This document shows, one piece after another, positions 27,126-37,193 of a stretch of 64,000 nucleotides of DNA. The DNA comes from Thermoplasmata archaeon. Lineage in GTDB: Archaea; Thermoplasmatota; Thermoplasmata; Lutacidiplasmatales; UBA184. The notes under the pieces are model-generated. The model did no database searches, had not been told where the DNA came from, and saw nothing but the letters and a program-made list of their open reading frames with translations. Position numbers and translations under genes: made by a program. The stretch's first letter is position 1. Each line of letters starts with the position of its first letter. Location: positions 101,710 through 165,709 of the forward strand of contig JAKAYL010000001.1 of NCBI GenBank assembly GCA_021809545.1. Direction: 5' to 3'.

Positions 27126-28160
27126 TCAGAGCGAGACCCAGCTCCGCGAGCCTCCGTCTCCCCCGAGGGAGAATTCGCGCGAGAGCATTCCCCGGGCCTC
27201 CAACGCGGCCACATGTCGCCTCAGGAGCGACGCGGAGGGGGGGCGGCGGCCGTCCTGCCCGAGGTGCTCCGTCACCCGCCGATGAAGGAGGCTCATGGGG
27301 AGGCGTCGTCCCTGTTTTCTCAAACATTCCAGGATCGCAGCATCGACCAGGAGTGGTTTCCGCCGCCCGTCGGGTAGGTGAGGGAAGCCGATGTCCCCTT
27401 CCTCCACCCGGGAAGCCCCCCGGGCCTCCGCGCGTTCCCCCGCCTCCCGGACGAGCTCGACGGCGGCGGCGAGACCCACCCCGCGGGCCCGTGTTCTCTC
27501 GACCACCAAGGTGACGACCTCGGGAGCGGGGGGCCAGGCGAACGACTGCTGGCAAAGCTCGGAGATCCGGGCTCGCAGCTCGGCCGGTGTCGGAGGACGG
27601 ACCGCGATCCGGCGGATCTCCGGCCCTTCCCGGGCCGATTGGGTCGGGTCAAAGCACCCTGAGATCACGACCCGGAGCCCCGGGACCCACTCGACCTCCT
27701 CCGGGTCGAAGAGCGACCAGAGCAGCGGAAGGGAAGGGGTGCTACGCGAGTTGTCCAACCAGAGAACGAAGGGCGTTCCTTCGGCACGAAGACGGCGGGA
27801 GAGGAGGACGGCAAGCTGGCCCGCGGAGAACCCCTTGCCGGTGAACTGCGCGTCGAAATGAGCGAAGATCTCCACCAGGGCCTGGTGGTCCGTGCGGCAC
27901 TTCCGGAGATCGACCCTGAGGACCCGGACCGCCCTGTCCCTGCGGCCCGCAAAGGGGCTGCACGAGAGCACACGGACGACCCGGCCGGCCACGGTCGATG
28001 TTCCGCATCCGGAGGGCCCGGTCACGGCCAACACCTTCCACTCGGGGCCCGGACCCCGGGCTCCCGCTACCTCGTAGATCTCTTCGACTGCGACTCCTAC
28101 CAACGATCCCGCCGGCCCCCAAGGGCGCTCGAGGGCCCAGCGGTCTTTCCAGAGCTCCAT
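27126..28160 (-). CDS. Orc1/Cdc6-family AAA+ protein with degenerate Walker A/B and a C-terminal winged helix
   Basis: Collinear with Orc1/Cdc6 (lid and WH regions align). Walker A reads GPSGCGTS, with no lysine. Walker B reads LWLDNS. I place the start at the ATG complement 28158-28160, about 25 nt from a TATA-like element. The track gives a GTG at 28196. Confidence 0.5.
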   Translation of the reverse strand: MELWKDRWALERPWGPAGSLVGVAVEEIYEVAGARGPGPEWKVLAVTGPSGCGTSTVAGRVVRVLSCSPFAGRRDRAVRVLRVDLRKCRTDHQALVEIFAHFDAQFTGKGFSAGQLAVLLSRRLRAEGTPFVLWLDNSRSTPSLPLLWSLFDPEEVEWVPGLRVVISGCFDPTQSAREGPEIRRIAVRPPTPAELRARISELCQQSFAWPPAPEVVTLVVERTRARGVGLAAAVELVREAGERAEARGASRVEEGDIGFPHLPDGRRKPLLVDAAILECLRKQGRRLPMSLLHRRVTEHLGQDGRRPPSASLLRRHVAALEARGMLSREFSLGGDGGSRSWVSL

Positions 28161-28269
28161 GCAAGGGCCAAGGCTCATGCATATAAGAAATCTCACATAT
28201 CACAGTTGGATACAGCGTGGAGGCCACGGGGCCGAACCCTCCGGGGAGGGCGGTGGAGAGATTCCAGGG

Positions 28270-28300
28270 TTTGCACCAACCGATGCGGGCTTTGCACCAA
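28270..28300 (+). promoter_or_regulatory. two direct repeats GGG(c)TTTGCACCAA spaced 21 nt apart (28270-28279, 28291-28300)
   Basis: Exact 10-mer repeated on the same face of the helix, between the Orc1-like gene and the propeller gene. Confidence 0.35.
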
Positions 28301-28340
28301 AAGTGACTTAATGGGTCTCGGAGAATTCTTCTCCCAAGTT

Positions 28341-29879
28341 ATGCAGAGAACTCTTTGGACCTGTGCGGCCCTGGCCCTGTTGGTGATCGCCCTTCCGCTC
28401 GGTACCGCCTCTCCCGCTCGGGGAGCCGCACCCCTTCCGCGGGCGAGCGGTCCGGAATGGACCGAGTTCCAGGGAGACCTGAGCCTCACGGGGATCGCTC
28501 AGGGCGGCTCTCCGGCGGGGACCACCCTCTATTCCGTCAATGTCGCGAAGTACCTCGGTGGAACTCTGCCCAATCCCCTGAGCAACGACTACCCCTATCA
28601 GTCTTCTCCGGTCACGGATGGGAGCTCCGTTTACGTCGCCCTGGGAAACACTCTCCTGTCCTTCTCGGCCTCGAACGGTGCCTATCAGTGGCAGAGCAAC
28701 CTCCCCGGGGGCGGGGGTGGCGGGCCCGTCGTCGGCACCCCTTTCGTTGCGGGCGGTATGGTCTTCGTCAATCAGGACGGGGGCCCCAACGACCTGGCCG
28801 CGTTCTATGCCAACAACGGCACGCTCGCGTGGTCGCTCCAGCCTCCGGGCGGAGGCAGCGCGAGTTCGAGCTCACCGGTGCTCGCCAACGGTAACCTCGT
28901 GCTGACGGACACCTCGGGAGGTTTCTTCCTTCACCCGCCCTCGGGCACGGGCCCTTGGACCGCACCCTCCGTTCCCACCGGGGCAAGCTACTTCGCGACC
29001 GCCAGCTTCGGCACGATTTCCGGGGTAGGACCCGCCTGGATCATTCCCGATCGCGGGAACCGTTCCCTGGACGCCTTCTCCACGGCCGGGGTCGCCCTGC
29101 CCGGTTTCCCCATGAGCGGGCAGCCCCGGCTGGACCGGCTCTTCTCCTCGGCCTCTCTCGCGAACCTTTCGACCCCCGGGGGGGGCCTGGACACCTGGGC
29201 CTTCTTCGGAGGTGAGGGAGGGCAGGGAAACCCGAGCCACCTCTATGCAGTGGACGTGAGCCACCCCTCGCAGGTCTTCGCGCTGACCCTCCCGGCGGTG
29301 GGAACCGGAGACTCCGGCATCCGTTCGACCCCCGCAGTACTCGCTTCGGGATCCCTCGCCTCGCTGATCGTGGGTTCCCGGGACGGCGCCGTGATGCGCA
29401 TCAATTTCCAAGCGGCGAATCCCCTGTCGCCCACCTGGCAGTGGGGGTGGAACGCCTCGGCCGGCGGTCCTGTGGACGCCTCCCCCGTGGTGGTGGGAAG
29501 CGAGGTCATCGTGCCTTCGGAGAACGGGAACGTCTACTCGTTCGGGGTCGGGAATGGCACCCAGCTGTGGTCGGTCGCTACCGGGGCCCCCATCTATGCC
29601 AGCCCGGCCGTCGCGGGCGGCCTGTGCTGGGTCGTGAATTCGAACGGTGAGCTCCTGGCCCTCGGAGGCAACCTCCCCGGAGGCGGGAACGGCGTGATCC
29701 CGAAGGGGGGTGCGTCCGCCATCTCGACCCTCCTCATCCTCCTTGCCGCGGTCGCTGCCGTGGTGATCGCCACGATCCTCGTCCTCTGGCTCCACCTGCG
29801 ACGGCGGAAACCCGCCCAGCCCTCCCCAACGCCCCCGCCGCCCACACAACCCTCCGGAGCGACGTCCGGAGGGAGGTGA
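28341..29879 (+). CDS. secreted PQQ-like beta-propeller repeat protein (BamB-like fold) with C-terminal TM anchor
   Basis: ATG at 28341, in frame in track ORF 27858..29879. Signal-like N-terminus, Trp/Gly-rich propeller repeats and a C-terminal hydrophobic helix with a basic tail. Confidence 0.6.
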   Translation: MQRTLWTCAALALLVIALPLGTASPARGAAPLPRASGPEWTEFQGDLSLTGIAQGGSPAGTTLYSVNVAKYLGGTLPNPLSNDYPYQSSPVTDGSSVYVALGNTLLSFSASNGAYQWQSNLPGGGGGGPVVGTPFVAGGMVFVNQDGGPNDLAAFYANNGTLAWSLQPPGGGSASSSSPVLANGNLVLTDTSGGFFLHPPSGTGPWTAPSVPTGASYFATASFGTISGVGPAWIIPDRGNRSLDAFSTAGVALPGFPMSGQPRLDRLFSSASLANLSTPGGGLDTWAFFGGEGGQGNPSHLYAVDVSHPSQVFALTLPAVGTGDSGIRSTPAVLASGSLASLIVGSRDGAVMRINFQAANPLSPTWQWGWNASAGGPVDASPVVVGSEVIVPSENGNVYSFGVGNGTQLWSVATGAPIYASPAVAGGLCWVVNSNGELLALGGNLPGGGNGVIPKGGASAISTLLILLAAVAAVVIATILVLWLHLRRRKPAQPSPTPPPPTQPSGATSGGR

Positions 29880-29886
29880 GCGGATC

Positions 29887-30297
29887 TTGTCTCTTCCGCC
29901 CCCGTCCAGTCCCGCTCCCGTCGACCACTCCAACGTCCGCGACCTGCTCAAGGTCACGAAGACCCTGACGCTCGTCTGGTTCTTCCTGGGGGTTATCCTT
30001 GCGATCGTCAGCCTTGTGTCGATCTTCTTCGCCATCCTCTTCTTCCACTTCGCTGGTGGGGCCGTGGAAGGATTCGTCTACTATGTGCTCTGGGCGGGGG
30101 TGGATCTGCTCGCCTACCGCAAGATCCCCGGCTGGCTGGCCCTTCTCGAGAGCGGCCGGTATGGCCAAGTGAAGGAACCGCTCCTTCTCTGGGGGATCCT
30201 TGCAACCGTCTTCGGGATCCTCCCCGGGTTGCTTCTCCTCGTGGTCTATCTGAGGATCATGCCCTGGGCGGAATCCCCGCCCGCCCCTCCGGCCTAG
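29887..30297 (+). CDS. small membrane protein
   Basis: Three or four TM helices. TTG start, uncertain. Lies directly downstream of the propeller gene. Confidence 0.35.
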   Translation: MSLPPPSSPAPVDHSNVRDLLKVTKTLTLVWFFLGVILAIVSLVSIFFAILFFHFAGGAVEGFVYYVLWAGVDLLAYRKIPGWLALLESGRYGQVKEPLLLWGILATVFGILPGLLLLVVYLRIMPWAESPPAPPA

Positions 30298-31877
30298 GAC
30301 TGGGCTCGGAGCGGCGTGCCGAGGGCGGGCACTTCGGTGCCAACGGGCTTCTCGTCCCGCTCGTCACTCGCGAGGGCCTCCTTGTGGGCCCGCTTCCCGA
30401 GGATCTCCTTGGCGAAGAGCGAGATGAAGCCCGCGAGGAGCAGGGCGACCGCGGCGATCAGGAAGGCGTACAAGAACGCGGTCCCGTTCGGTTGCTGCTG
30501 GAGCGAACTGTAGGGGGTGCCCGGGATCTGCGTCATCACGAGGACCGTGTACGTGGACATGAGGGAGCCTGCCAGGGGTGCCCCGAGGGCGCTGCCGACG
30601 TTCCGGAAGGTCGCATTCATCGCGGTGGCGAGCCCCATGTCCCGGGGCTCGACGGTCAGGACCAGGATGTTGATGACCGAGGAGTTCAGTATCGCAAGGC
30701 CCGCCCCGATGACGAACATGGAGAGCAGGAGTTCGACGAGGGTCCCGGCCCGAGTGGCGGCGTAGAATCCGACCGCTCCCACAATGCTGCCGAGCAGGGT
30801 GAGGGGCTTGGTCCCGACCCGCGTGACGAAGAGGCTCGCCAGCGGGGCGAAGATGAGCATGGGGATGGCGAAGGCGACGAAGGAGAGCCCGATATGGAAG
30901 GTGTCCTGGGCGAAGCCTCCTGCCGCCACCGGCTCGTCCAGCCGGAAGGTGAAGGCCTGGAAGGCGAGGAACATGGCGAACCCAGCGACCGTCAGGACCA
31001 GGTTGGCCACCATCACGTTCCGTTCGCTCAGGAGCCGGACATCAAGGATGACCTCCTTGCCCCTACGGTGGTAGAGGATCTCGACGAGGGCCGTGGGGAC
31101 AAGGAGGATGCCTCCCGTCGCGAACAGAGCGAGGACCGAGAAGCTCGTCCACCCCCAGGAGGGTCCCTGGGAGAGGGCAAGGACGATGCAGGCGAGGGAG
31201 CCGGCGAGGAAGCCCGCCCCCACGTAGTCAATGAACGCGTTCGGGCGCCGGTAGGGAGACTCCCGCAAGACGATGATGGTCGCAATCGTGATCAGGACGA
31301 CGACGGGGATCGCAGAGTGGTAGGTCCAGCGCCAGCCGAAGGAGTTCGACACGAAGGCCCCGAGGGGGAGGCTGACCGCGAACCCGGCCCCGAAGAGCCC
31401 GCTCAGGAGCCCCTGGGCCTTGGGCACCATCTCGCGGGGGAACTCCTCCCGGACGAGGCTCATCGCCAGCGGGAAGATCGTCAGGCCGACCCCCTGGATC
31501 GCACGGGAGGCGACCATGAAGGTGAAGGAGGGGGAGAAGCCCGTGACCGAGACGGCGACGGTGTAGATGACGAGGACGACGGAGAGCACGTGCTTCTTGC
31601 CGTAGATGTCCCCGAGCTTTCCCGCGATGGGGCTCAGGGCGACCCCTGTGATGAGGTAGGCCGAGAGGACCAGGCTCACCTGGGAGTAGTCCACACCGAA
31701 CTCCTGGGAGATCTGGGGGAGCGAGGGGGTGAGCATCCCCTCGATGTACATGACGGTCATGACCATGGCGGCCATGATCAGCATGATCCGGGTAGCATAG
31801 GCCCGGTCGAAGTTCTCGAGGGTCTTGGGGGTCGGCGCAGGGGGGTCGGCCAGTTTGCTCGGGGAGGAGGGCTTCAT
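30294..31877 (-). CDS. MFS transporter (DHA2-like, about 14 TM)
   Basis: Long polytopic protein with MFS motifs. ATG at complement 31875-31877 chosen over the track start at 31991. Confidence 0.75.
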   Translation of the reverse strand: MKPSSPSKLADPPAPTPKTLENFDRAYATRIMLIMAAMVMTVMYIEGMLTPSLPQISQEFGVDYSQVSLVLSAYLITGVALSPIAGKLGDIYGKKHVLSVVLVIYTVAVSVTGFSPSFTFMVASRAIQGVGLTIFPLAMSLVREEFPREMVPKAQGLLSGLFGAGFAVSLPLGAFVSNSFGWRWTYHSAIPVVVLITIATIIVLRESPYRRPNAFIDYVGAGFLAGSLACIVLALSQGPSWGWTSFSVLALFATGGILLVPTALVEILYHRRGKEVILDVRLLSERNVMVANLVLTVAGFAMFLAFQAFTFRLDEPVAAGGFAQDTFHIGLSFVAFAIPMLIFAPLASLFVTRVGTKPLTLLGSIVGAVGFYAATRAGTLVELLLSMFVIGAGLAILNSSVINILVLTVEPRDMGLATAMNATFRNVGSALGAPLAGSLMSTYTVLVMTQIPGTPYSSLQQQPNGTAFLYAFLIAAVALLLAGFISLFAKEILGKRAHKEALASDERDEKPVGTEVPALGTPLRAQS

Positions 31878-31902
31878 GGTTCGTGTTTGGGGGTCGGGAG
31901 AC

Positions 31903-32817
31903 CTAGGTGAATTCCTCCCGTTCAAAGAGATACAATCCCGCGATGGCCGTGAGGATGAAGTAGGCGAGCATGATGACGACCCCTTCCGCAACGCCCGGAG
32001 TATAACTGGTCACGGTGTCGAACCCGCCCCCGCGGCCCAGAGGGACCTTGGTCACGGTGACGGTCCCGGAGAGACCCCAGTTGATCGTGGGCGCAAAGAC
32101 GTCCCCGATCGCCCCGTTCGCATAGGAGATGATCATCCAGGGCTCGATCTTGACGACCGAGGTGATGAGGGTCTGCAGGAGTCCGAAGCCGATGAGGAAG
32201 AGTATCGCGGTGAGCACGAAGCCGTAGGCGCTCGTCTTGAAGAGCGAGCTGAACAAGAAGGTGGTCCCCAGAACGGCCATGAGATAGACCAAGGCGAGCG
32301 CGAGGGAGGGGAGGAACTGCCAGGGGAAGGCACTGGCCCCGAAGTAATGGACGCCGTTCAGGAGGAGGAGAACGAGGTAGAGCAGCAGCATGCTGGCGGA
32401 CGCGAGGAAGGCTGCGATGTACTTGCCGATATAGATGGCCGAGCGGCGGATAGGCAGACCCATGAGGAAGTAGCCGGTCTTGTTCTGGAACTCCCCGGCG
32501 ATGGCATCCCCGCCGAAGAAGACCGCGGAGAGCACGACGACGAATCCTGCGCCACCTCCCCAGAAGGAGCCGTAGAAAGCGTCGGGGCTGGCGAGCAACG
32601 CCTTGACCGCGGCGTTCGACTGGAGATCGGCGACGATGAAGGTGATGATGGCGGCGATCACAACGACGATCCCGACCAACGCCACGAACCGTCGCGAGGA
32701 GAGGTACTCCCGGAGTTGGTAGCGGGTCAGCTTGATGATCTGGTCCACCGTCCCCGGGACTTGGAGGCGGGGCGACACCGGATCTGCGGATTCGGAGGAC
32801 ACGGGGGATTCGGCCAT
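31903..32817 (-). CDS. ABC-2 family transporter permease
   Basis: Six TM helices in the ABC-2 layout. Adjacent to the ATPase gene. Confidence 0.7.
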   Translation of the reverse strand: MAESPVSSESADPVSPRLQVPGTVDQIIKLTRYQLREYLSSRRFVALVGIVVVIAAIITFIVADLQSNAAVKALLASPDAFYGSFWGGGAGFVVVLSAVFFGGDAIAGEFQNKTGYFLMGLPIRRSAIYIGKYIAAFLASASMLLLYLVLLLLNGVHYFGASAFPWQFLPSLALALVYLMAVLGTTFLFSSLFKTSAYGFVLTAILFLIGFGLLQTLITSVVKIEPWMIISYANGAIGDVFAPTINWGLSGTVTVTKVPLGRGGGFDTVTSYTPGVAEGVVIMLAYFILTAIAGLYLFEREEFT

Positions 32818-32822
32818 GATCC

Positions 32823-33770
32823 TCAGTCTCCCTTCGCGATCTGGCGGAGGTAGATGTCCTCGAGGACGCTCTGCGGCTCGCTCAGGCTGTTGACCCCGAG
32901 GTGGAGGGCGACGAGGGACTCGAGCAACTTCTCCTGGGCGTCGGGTCCTCCGGAGAACTTCAAGCGGAGGCGGCGGGGCTCAAGGAGGACGCAGGAGGTG
33001 ACCCCCGGGAGCGCGGCTACTTGGCCGAGGAGGGCCTCGTCGGCCAAGGGGTGGGAGAGCCCCACATCGATCGTCGGGTGGCCGTCCGCGAACTTCGAGG
33101 TCACGTTCTGCAGGGTATCGTAGAAGAGGAGCTTCCCCTTGTCGATGAGGGCCACCTCGTCGCAGACGTCGGTGACCTCCTGGAGGATGTGGCTGCTCAT
33201 GAAGATGAGACGGTTGCGCTTCTTGAGCCCCCGTACGATGTCCCGAACCTCGGCCATCCCCCGGGGGTCGAGCCCGGTGGCCGGTTCGTCGAGGATCACG
33301 ACGGAAGGGTCATGGACCAGGGCCGCGGCAATGTTGATGCGCTGCTTCATCCCCTTCGAGAAACGGCCCACTTTCTTATCGGCCCAATCCCGCATCTTCA
33401 CCTCTTCGAGCACGGTGGCGATGCGGTCGCGGCGCTCCGAAACGGGCACGCCGCGCAAGTCCGCCACCATCTCGAGGGCCTGGTTCGGAGTGAGGGAAGC
33501 GTAGATCTCGGGGCTCTCGATGAGGACCCCGACGTCGGCGAGGGCCCGCTTCCTTCCCTCCCGGACGGATAGGCCGTTGATGAAGCACTCCCCTTCGGTG
33601 GGGAAGATCATGTCCGACAGGAGCTTCAGCGTGGTCGTCTTCCCCGCCCCGTTGGGGCCGAGGAAACCCACGCATTTCGCCCCCGACATCTTCAGGTCGA
33701 GGGAGGACAGGGCCGTGAAGCTGCCGAACCTCTTCGTGAGGTGCCGGGTCTCGATGGAGGGGACGCTCAT
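32823..33770 (-). CDS. ABC transporter ATP-binding protein (ABC-2 type)
   Basis: Walker A GPNGAGKTT, signature SKGMKQR, Walker B ILDEPATGLD. Confidence 0.85.
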   Translation of the reverse strand: MSVPSIETRHLTKRFGSFTALSSLDLKMSGAKCVGFLGPNGAGKTTTLKLLSDMIFPTEGECFINGLSVREGRKRALADVGVLIESPEIYASLTPNQALEMVADLRGVPVSERRDRIATVLEEVKMRDWADKKVGRFSKGMKQRINIAAALVHDPSVVILDEPATGLDPRGMAEVRDIVRGLKKRNRLIFMSSHILQEVTDVCDEVALIDKGKLLFYDTLQNVTSKFADGHPTIDVGLSHPLADEALLGQVAALPGVTSCVLLEPRRLRLKFSGGPDAQEKLLESLVALHLGVNSLSEPQSVLEDIYLRQIAKGD

Positions 33771-33872
33771 GGGCGATCCCCGTCCCGGACACCCAGGCCC
33801 GCTATCGAAGCCTCTTCGGCAGTTCCGTTCGGAAGGTAAATCTTCAGCATGTATTGATTATCCCTCGATTCG

Positions 33873-33886
33873 TAATTATATTTAAG
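33873..33886 (-). promoter_or_regulatory. TATA-like TTAAATATAATTA (minus strand) upstream of the ABC-2/MFS operon
   Basis: Strongly AT-rich 14-mer in the gap between marR and the ABC ATPase. About 100 nt from the ATG. Confidence 0.35.
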
Positions 33887-33923
33887 TTGTTTGAAGCGTG
33901 AACTCTTAGCACGGAACGGCCGT

Positions 33924-34370
33924 CTACGCCTCTCCCCTTGGGTGGTCCCGGGCGTATGCCTTCTCGGCGATTCGGACAGCCTCGGCGGCCGCGCGTAGCT
34001 TGCTCTCAGGGGCGACCGACAGGATGGATTCCAGGCGACGAACGAAGTCCGAGTGCACAGAATCGATGGTCCGGCGCCCGCGGGGGGTCAGAAGGAGGAT
34101 CGTCCGACGTCGGTCCTCCGAGGAATCTGCTCGCCGGAGCTGGCCACTCTGCTCCAGGGAGTCCACGATGTGGGTGACCGTCTGGGGCTTGACCCCTAAC
34201 TTGGTGGCCAGACCCGACATCGTCACGCCGCGGCAGGAGGAGACGATCTTGAGCACCACGAACTGGAGGGGGGTGAGCTTGCGGTTCCGGGCAGCGAACC
34301 GGTGCTCCTCCTGGAAACGGACCATGAGGTCCTCCAGGGCCAGTACGAACTCGCGGGCTGCTTCAACCAT
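33924..34370 (-). CDS. MarR-family transcriptional regulator
   Basis: 148 aa with a winged-helix core ...LTPLQFVVLKIV...MSGLATKLGVKPQTVTHIVDSLE. Confidence 0.8.
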   Translation of the reverse strand: MVEAAREFVLALEDLMVRFQEEHRFAARNRKLTPLQFVVLKIVSSCRGVTMSGLATKLGVKPQTVTHIVDSLEQSGQLRRADSSEDRRRTILLLTPRGRRTIDSVHSDFVRRLESILSVAPESKLRAAAEAVRIAEKAYARDHPRGEA

Positions 34371-34599
34371 CCGTCAGCCCCCGAGGGTGTCTCTCATTGA
34401 TTCGCATGTGCTGATTATACGTAGAGTCTGTGGTTCTTAACGTTGACCCGGTACGGCTACGGAGGCTGCGAGTGCGAGGGATGCTCCGAAACGTCGGAGA
34501 AGGCGGGTGTCCCCTCGGGGTCTCTGGGTGACTCCGCACCACGTCGGAACCCACGGCGGCACCTCCTTGTCCCCCTGCGGACACCCCTTGGGATGGTCC

Positions 34600-35652
34600 C
34601 TACGTGCCGAAGGTCGACGTGTCGATCACGAAACGGTACCGGACGTCTCCGGACCCCATGCGCCGGTACGCCTCGTTGATCTGGTCGGCGCGGATGAGCT
34701 CGATATCGGCGACGATGCCATGCTGGCCGCAATAGTCCAGCATCTCCTGCGTCTCCGCGATCCCGCCGATGTTGGAACCGGCGACGCGCTTGTTGCCGTG
34801 GACGAGGCCCGTGACGTTGACGGGAGTGGGGGCGGGCGGCAGCCCCACAAGCACCAAGGTCCCGAAGCTCCGCAACAACGCCGAAAGCGCATCCATATCG
34901 TGCGGAGCGCTCACCGTGTCGATCAGGAGGTCGAACTTTCCCTGGCTCGCGTCCAGTGCGCCGGGATCCTTCGTGCAGAGGAAGTGCTTCGCACCCAACC
35001 GGAGAGCATCCTTCTCCTTTCCGCCCGAGGAGCTCAGGACGGTCACCTCCGCCCCCATCGCGGCGGCGATCTTCACGGCCATATGCCCCAGCCCGCCGAG
35101 GCCCACTACGCCCACCTGGCTGCCTCGCGTGCACCCGAACTGGCGCAACGGGGAATAGGTGGTGATGCCCGCGCACAGCAACGGGGCTGCCCGCGCGGGG
35201 TCAAGGTCCTTGGGCATGCGCAGCACGAAGCTCTCGTCGACCACCATGCGCGAGGAGTACCCGCCCCACGTCCAGGACTTCCCGTCCCGTTCGAGGCTGT
35301 CGAACGACCAGGTGGCGTCCCGATCGCAGAACATCTCGTGGCCGGCACGGCACTCCGGGCACTCGCGGCACGAATCGACAAGGCACCCCACGCCCACGAG
35401 GTCGCCCTCGTGAAACTTCGAGACGTTGGCGCCGCGTCCCACGACTCGGCCGACGATCTCGTGGCCGGGAACCACGGGGAAGTGCGTGCCGCCCCAGTCA
35501 TTATCGACCTTGTGCACGTCGCTGTGGCAGATGCCGCAGTAGAGGATCTGGATTTCCACGTCGCGGGAACCCGGATCGCGCCGCTCGATGGTCATGGGAA
35601 CCAGTAAGGCCTTCGCCGCCGGGGCCCCGTAAGCAGGGATTTTCTTCGGCAT
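34600..35652 (-). CDS. zinc-dependent NAD(P) alcohol dehydrogenase (cinnamyl-alcohol-dehydrogenase-like)
   Basis: GICHSDVH zinc motif, GHEIVG, and a Rossmann GLGGLGH. Confidence 0.85.
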   Translation of the reverse strand: MPKKIPAYGAPAAKALLVPMTIERRDPGSRDVEIQILYCGICHSDVHKVDNDWGGTHFPVVPGHEIVGRVVGRGANVSKFHEGDLVGVGCLVDSCRECPECRAGHEMFCDRDATWSFDSLERDGKSWTWGGYSSRMVVDESFVLRMPKDLDPARAAPLLCAGITTYSPLRQFGCTRGSQVGVVGLGGLGHMAVKIAAAMGAEVTVLSSSGGKEKDALRLGAKHFLCTKDPGALDASQGKFDLLIDTVSAPHDMDALSALLRSFGTLVLVGLPPAPTPVNVTGLVHGNKRVAGSNIGGIAETQEMLDYCGQHGIVADIELIRADQINEAYRRMGSGDVRYRFVIDTSTFGT

Positions 35653-35732
35653 GCTGTGCGACAGGGCTACCGAGCTTTTGAACCTTGCAGCGTCGCGGCG
35701 CCCGGGATCGGCTCACCCGAGGGCGTGGCCGT

Positions 35733-36164
35733 CTAGAGTTCTGGGATGCACCGGTGGACGGTGCCTGCCACGCCCCAGCTCTTACCCGTGGAGCGACCCA
35801 CCATCTCCGCCACCAGATAGGTGTCGTTCCAGTGGTGCAACCGGGACTCGGGAGTCCAGAAGCTGATGCCCGCAGTCACGATGCGGCGCGGGGGCTTCGC
35901 GGTCGGATCCAGGATCGAGATCCCGTCGATCGTGACGAACACTTTCGCGCCCTCGGGGGTCGTAAGCATCCCGCGCAGGGTGGGAGTGAACGCACCGTCG
36001 GGCCGCTGACGGGTGATATTGGTGACGTGAAGGGTGCCGCTCAGGTCCCCTGCCTCCAGCGTTCCCTTGAGGATCCCATAAACGTGACCCCCTTCGGCAT
36101 ACGTGAGCTCGTCGTCCACATCGGTATACGTCAACTCGATCTTTCCCAGTTTTTCCAGCCGCAT
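35733..36164 (-). CDS. DUF3237 family protein
   Basis: About 143-aa beta-rich protein. ATG at complement 36162-36164 chosen in frame within the track ORF. Confidence 0.5.
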   Translation of the reverse strand: MRLEKLGKIELTYTDVDDELTYAEGGHVYGILKGTLEAGDLSGTLHVTNITRQRPDGAFTPTLRGMLTTPEGAKVFVTIDGISILDPTAKPPRRIVTAGISFWTPESRLHHWNDTYLVAEMVGRSTGKSWGVAGTVHRCIPEL

Positions 36165-36236
36165 AACTGTCTCGTGCCTCAGGCAAGTTAGAGAGATCGA
36201 CAACTTAAGCGCTATCCCCCTGCGCGTCGACTATCT

Positions 36237-37181
36237 TTACGTAACAGGAGGGGTAGTTTCCTTTGTCAAGGAACTGCTTTCCTTATTGGAGAGGGCCTTC
36301 GCTTCGCGGAAGGCCTTGAGGATGCTGGTGCCCCCGATGAACCCCACGACCAGAACCACCATGACGAAGGCGATCCCGAGGAAGTCGAGGTTCGGGACTG
36401 GGTTTCCCGTGGAGATACCCACCGCGTCGATCTGGGGGAGAAGGATGATCACCGCCCCGAGGACGGCGAAGGCGAGGCCCCCCCAATAGAGGGTTCGGCC
36501 CGCCGTCTTCTGTCCGATGAACTTGACCTGCTCGAGGGTCATCCGGCCCCGCCGGATGAGGTTCGCGAAGATCGCCCCCGTGAGGATCTGCATGAGCATC
36601 GTGCCGATCCCGAACATGAGCCCGACGAGAGGGGCGAGGAAGACCGATCCCACCTGGGGAGCGAGGAAGAAGACGAGGATGGTCGCGAATCCCCCGAAGC
36701 CCCAGCCGGCGACGAAACCGTGGCCGAGGGCCATCCGAAGAGAGGTAGGACGGGGATGGACCTCCTCCGTCGGAAGACGCTGAGCCTCGTCGGTGTGGTG
36801 CCCCTTGCCCCCAAAGAGCACATCGAAGGGCAGGTGGAGGTACCGCCCCTTCAGGATGTAGGAACCGGCCATGAACATGACGACCCCGACCAGTACGTAG
36901 ACCGGGCCATCGAGATTGTAGACGAGATAGATCGAGGCGAGACCGAGGAATCCGAGCGTGGTCAGTATGGCCCGCTGGATGGTGAACCCGGTCGAGAAGA
37001 CGAACCCCGCGCGCATCCCGCCCTTCGTGCTGTAGCTGCCGACGGAGTAGCTGAAGGTGATCGGCCAGGTGTGTTCGTCCGGGGTGCCCCCGTGAAGTAT
37101 CCCCAGCACGAGCGCGAGGCCGAGGATCTCCCACAGCGACAGACCGGTCGGGGGGCTGAACAGGAGGTTGAGGAACGACAT
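36237..37181 (-). CDS. putative metal-ion transporter membrane protein (His-rich loops), co-oriented with the DtxR-family regulator
   Basis: Polytopic. Motifs HGGTPDEH and GKGHHTDE. Lies immediately downstream of a DtxR-like gene on the same strand. Confidence 0.45.
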   Translation of the reverse strand: MSFLNLLFSPPTGLSLWEILGLALVLGILHGGTPDEHTWPITFSYSVGSYSTKGGMRAGFVFSTGFTIQRAILTTLGFLGLASIYLVYNLDGPVYVLVGVVMFMAGSYILKGRYLHLPFDVLFGGKGHHTDEAQRLPTEEVHPRPTSLRMALGHGFVAGWGFGGFATILVFFLAPQVGSVFLAPLVGLMFGIGTMLMQILTGAIFANLIRRGRMTLEQVKFIGQKTAGRTLYWGGLAFAVLGAVIILLPQIDAVGISTGNPVPNLDFLGIAFVMVVLVVGFIGGTSILKAFREAKALSNKESSSLTKETTPPVT

Positions 37182-37193
37182 GGGCCTGCTTCT

